A stretch of 27,699 bases of DNA from a virus (Duplodnaviria; Heunggongvirae; Uroviricota; Caudoviricetes), in IMG/VR virus record IMGVR_UViG_2737471821_000004; one strand, given 5' to 3'. The position numbers and the translations under genes are program-made. Of the stretch, positions 25,576 through 27,699 are shown piece by piece. Each line of letters opens with the position of its first letter. Position 1 is the first letter of the stretch. The notes below the pieces were generated by a model that had not been told where the DNA came from, searched no databases, and was given only the letters and a program-made list of their open reading frames with translations.

Positions 25576-27276
25576 ATGAAACCAGTAAAACGTCTTTACC
25601 TTTCAACGGATGAAATTCACCTGGTGGATGCCAGCCTGGTACTGGAGCTGAACAGCTGCGGTCGGGGCTTCATCACCGCAGAGACAACAACCGATTACAC
25701 CGGAAAACTGGTGCGGCTGGATGTGGGGTATACCGATCTGCTTTTGCGCTGGTTTACGGGGTACGTGGAGCGATCGCAGCCCGCAGAAAACGGTTTTCAG
25801 CGTCTGTTCATTCGTGAACTGGTAGGTGTGTTTGAAAGGATGTGGCCATGTTCGTTTCAGCACCCGACTTTGCGTGAAATTGCGGGCTGGCTGGAAGAAA
25901 ACAGCGGGATCACGGTCAGTGTGCCTGATGCACAGTACAGCGATACCCCTATCCCACATTTTACTCATAACGGTACCGGCTATCAGTTGCTGAACAATCT
26001 GGGCAGGGCGTTCAGTATCCAGGATTACATCTGGTACCAGTTGCCTGATGGTTCGCTTTACGTCGGCGGTGCAGAAAAGTCATTGTTTGCCGGTCGTCCC
26101 GTAGAAATCCCGTCAGAGTTCAGCCAGGGGGCTGCTGGTGGTAACTCTGTGACATTACCAGTGATCCAGACTATGCGGCCAGGGGTGGAGATGAACGGTG
26201 AACGCGTGACTAAAGTTCACCTGACTAATGACACGATGGCGATCACATGGACGCCGAGAAACCGCGCAACGGGTAAACCTTTGCAGAAAACACCGGCGCA
26301 ACGGCAGATTGAAAGCCATTACCCGGAACTGGCATCCGGGCTTCATTTGCCAAAGATGGCCAGAGTCGTGGCGCATTCAGAGCCGGTAAAAAGCGGTAAC
26401 TTTGCCGATCCCTTCCGTCCACGTTACGCCGTGGACGTGCAGCTGCTTGACGCAGACGGAAATCCGGACAATCAGACACCTGTTTATTCAGCGGTGCCGC
26501 TGCCGGTACCAATGGCCGGGAATGATTCGGGTATGTTTCAGTTTCCGCCAGAAGGGACGCTGGTTGAGGTTGCATTCACGGGAGGCAGACCGGATAAACC
26601 CTTTATCAGGCAGACCCTGCCGGATGGTACCAGCCTGCCGGACGTTAAACCCGGTGAGCAATTGCAGCAGCAGCGGGAAGAAGTATCCCAGAGAGTGACG
26701 CAGGCTGGAGACTGGGTAAGGCAGACCGATCAGACCATCAGAGAAACATCAATGGTGCGAACCGTAAAAGCCGATACAGAACAGCGCGAGCTGGTCAGCC
26801 GTGAAACCACGGTGAAAGCCACGGATAAAACCACGGTACTGGGAACCGCCACACTGCTGGCCGGAGCCATCCAGCATGTAAGCGCCGGTGATTATAGCCA
26901 GGCGGTGAAAGGTAACAGGCTGGCCAGCATTGAAGGGAATGACGAAACTGAGATAACCGGGAAACAGTCCACTAAGGTGGCGGGAGCCGTAGATGTGGAT
27001 GTGGGGGGAACCCTGACTGAAAAGATTGCTGCATTACGCAAATCGGTGGCATCGGGCGGTCAGCAGATTATGGGGCCAACCGTCCATATCGGCAGTGAAA
27101 GTGTAAACACGCTGACCATGATGTTGGACACCATTGATTTACTGGCAGAGCTGGCGCAGCAATGTGCGAGTCATTCGCACCCCAGTGTTGGTACGCCAAC
27201 CAATGCCGGAGCGTTTACCCGGACGGCGACAAAGGCCGGACAGACCCGGAGCAAGTACCAGAACATCATTGCCTGA
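25576..27276 (+). CDS. gpD-like tail/baseplate hub protein (late control D family) with a long C-terminal extension (566 aa)
   Basis: N-terminal region (TLREIAGWLEENSGITV ... DYIWYQLPDGSLYVGG) resembles conserved blocks of P2 gpD (ARQIAGEHGLTPDV ... ANGYLFYIHGDTLKF); about 180 aa longer than P2 gpD, with a His cluster (SHSHPSVGTPT) near the C-terminus; last gene before the terminator. Confidence 0.5.
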   Translation: MKPVKRLYLSTDEIHLVDASLVLELNSCGRGFITAETTTDYTGKLVRLDVGYTDLLLRWFTGYVERSQPAENGFQRLFIRELVGVFERMWPCSFQHPTLREIAGWLEENSGITVSVPDAQYSDTPIPHFTHNGTGYQLLNNLGRAFSIQDYIWYQLPDGSLYVGGAEKSLFAGRPVEIPSEFSQGAAGGNSVTLPVIQTMRPGVEMNGERVTKVHLTNDTMAITWTPRNRATGKPLQKTPAQRQIESHYPELASGLHLPKMARVVAHSEPVKSGNFADPFRPRYAVDVQLLDADGNPDNQTPVYSAVPLPVPMAGNDSGMFQFPPEGTLVEVAFTGGRPDKPFIRQTLPDGTSLPDVKPGEQLQQQREEVSQRVTQAGDWVRQTDQTIRETSMVRTVKADTEQRELVSRETTVKATDKTTVLGTATLLAGAIQHVSAGDYSQAVKGNRLASIEGNDETEITGKQSTKVAGAVDVDVGGTLTEKIAALRKSVASGGQQIMGPTVHIGSESVNTLTMMLDTIDLLAELAQQCASHSHPSVGTPTNAGAFTRTATKAGQTRSKYQNIIA

Positions 27277-27287
27277 CCATTCCAGAC

Positions 27288-27315
27288 AGCCCGCAAAACG
27301 CGGGTTTTGTCGTTT
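27288..27315 (+). terminator. Rho-independent terminator closing the late operon
   Basis: GCCCGC-AAAA-CGCGGG hairpin followed by TTTTGTCGTTTT, 12 nt after the gpD-like stop codon. Confidence 0.65.
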
Positions 27316-27366
27316 TCTCAGTTCCTTGATAGGATTATTGCATACTCAAATGATAGGAATAGGGAT

Positions 27367-27699
27367 ATGAAAAATTTCATTATATTAGCTGTAGGGGCAG
27401 CAGTTTCATTTAATGTGTTTGCGGCTGAGGTTGTTTATGTGCCAACAGATACGAAGGCTAGTTACACGATTTTAGATAAGACTCGCGACGGCAGCATGGC
27501 TACTATAACAACTGAAAGAAAGGGGCCGTCTGGAACATCATATTCAAAGCGGCTGTACGACTGTACTGCCGGGACAGTTAAATATCTTGGAGACGGTGAG
27601 ACCATCGAGCAGATGAATAACTCAGCACCAGATCCAAATATGGCCCCTATAGTTGACCGCTCAATTGCATACTACATTGGACAAAAAGCCTGCCAGTAA
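27367..27699 (+). CDS. Small secreted hypothetical protein (about 110 aa, AT-rich gene; moron or flanking gene)
   Basis: Track ORF 27307..27699 trimmed to ATG 27367 (AGGGAT upstream). N-terminal signal peptide MKNFIILAVGAAVSFNVFAAEV; two Cys in the mature part; markedly lower GC than the phage late genes; stop at 27697-27699. Confidence 0.5.
   Translation: MKNFIILAVGAAVSFNVFAAEVVYVPTDTKASYTILDKTRDGSMATITTERKGPSGTSYSKRLYDCTAGTVKYLGDGETIEQMNNSAPDPNMAPIVDRSIAYYIGQKACQ

Noticed and set aside
24471-25606. Two minus-strand ORFs (159 aa and 151 aa) antisense to the unknown genes after tfa
   Set aside because: Considered as a possible hidden oppositely oriented cassette, but the plus-strand ORFs have proper starts coupled to neighbours, whereas the minus-strand ORFs are Cys/Ser-rich with no RBS; treated as shadows.
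1-27699. CRISPR array, IS element or transposase, DNA invertase (Gin/Cin-type) near the tail fibre
   Set aside because: No regularly spaced direct repeats, no terminal inverted repeats bracketing a transposase-like ORF, and no recombinase-sized ORF adjacent to the fibre or tfa genes; the fibre region appears non-invertible.

Overview
This window is almost entirely one temperate P2/186-family prophage, read from its integrase end through the end of the late (virion) operon. Left to right: a short host-side flank (1-296); a 186-like lysogeny/early module (int, cI, Cox/Apl-like, cII, small unknown ORFs, Dam methyltransferase, rolling-circle initiator A); a candidate SOS-controlled small ORF convergent with an Ogr/Delta-type zinc-finger activator; P2-type capsid genes (Q and P on the minus strand, O-N-M-L on the plus strand); then a long plus-strand tail operon that is not in P2 order (putative sheath/tube, an embedded lysis cassette, frameshifting tail chaperone, tape measure, baseplate W/J/I-like genes, tail fibre, fibre assembly, two unknown ORFs, gpD-like hub), closed by an intrinsic terminator and followed by an AT-rich secreted-protein ORF. 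No rRNA, tRNA, CRISPR array or transposase was recognised. All homology statements are from reading the translations against remembered family features, not from database searches. Line-based positions for small motifs may be off by about 1 nt; CDS coordinates are anchored to the supplied ORF track. I did not find a clear multi-gene defence system; the most distinctive signals are the programmed -1 frameshift in the tail chaperone, a LexA-box-like site upstream of a small Tum-position ORF, the His-rich repeat tip of the tail fibre, and the unknown ORFs at known P2-family cargo positions.
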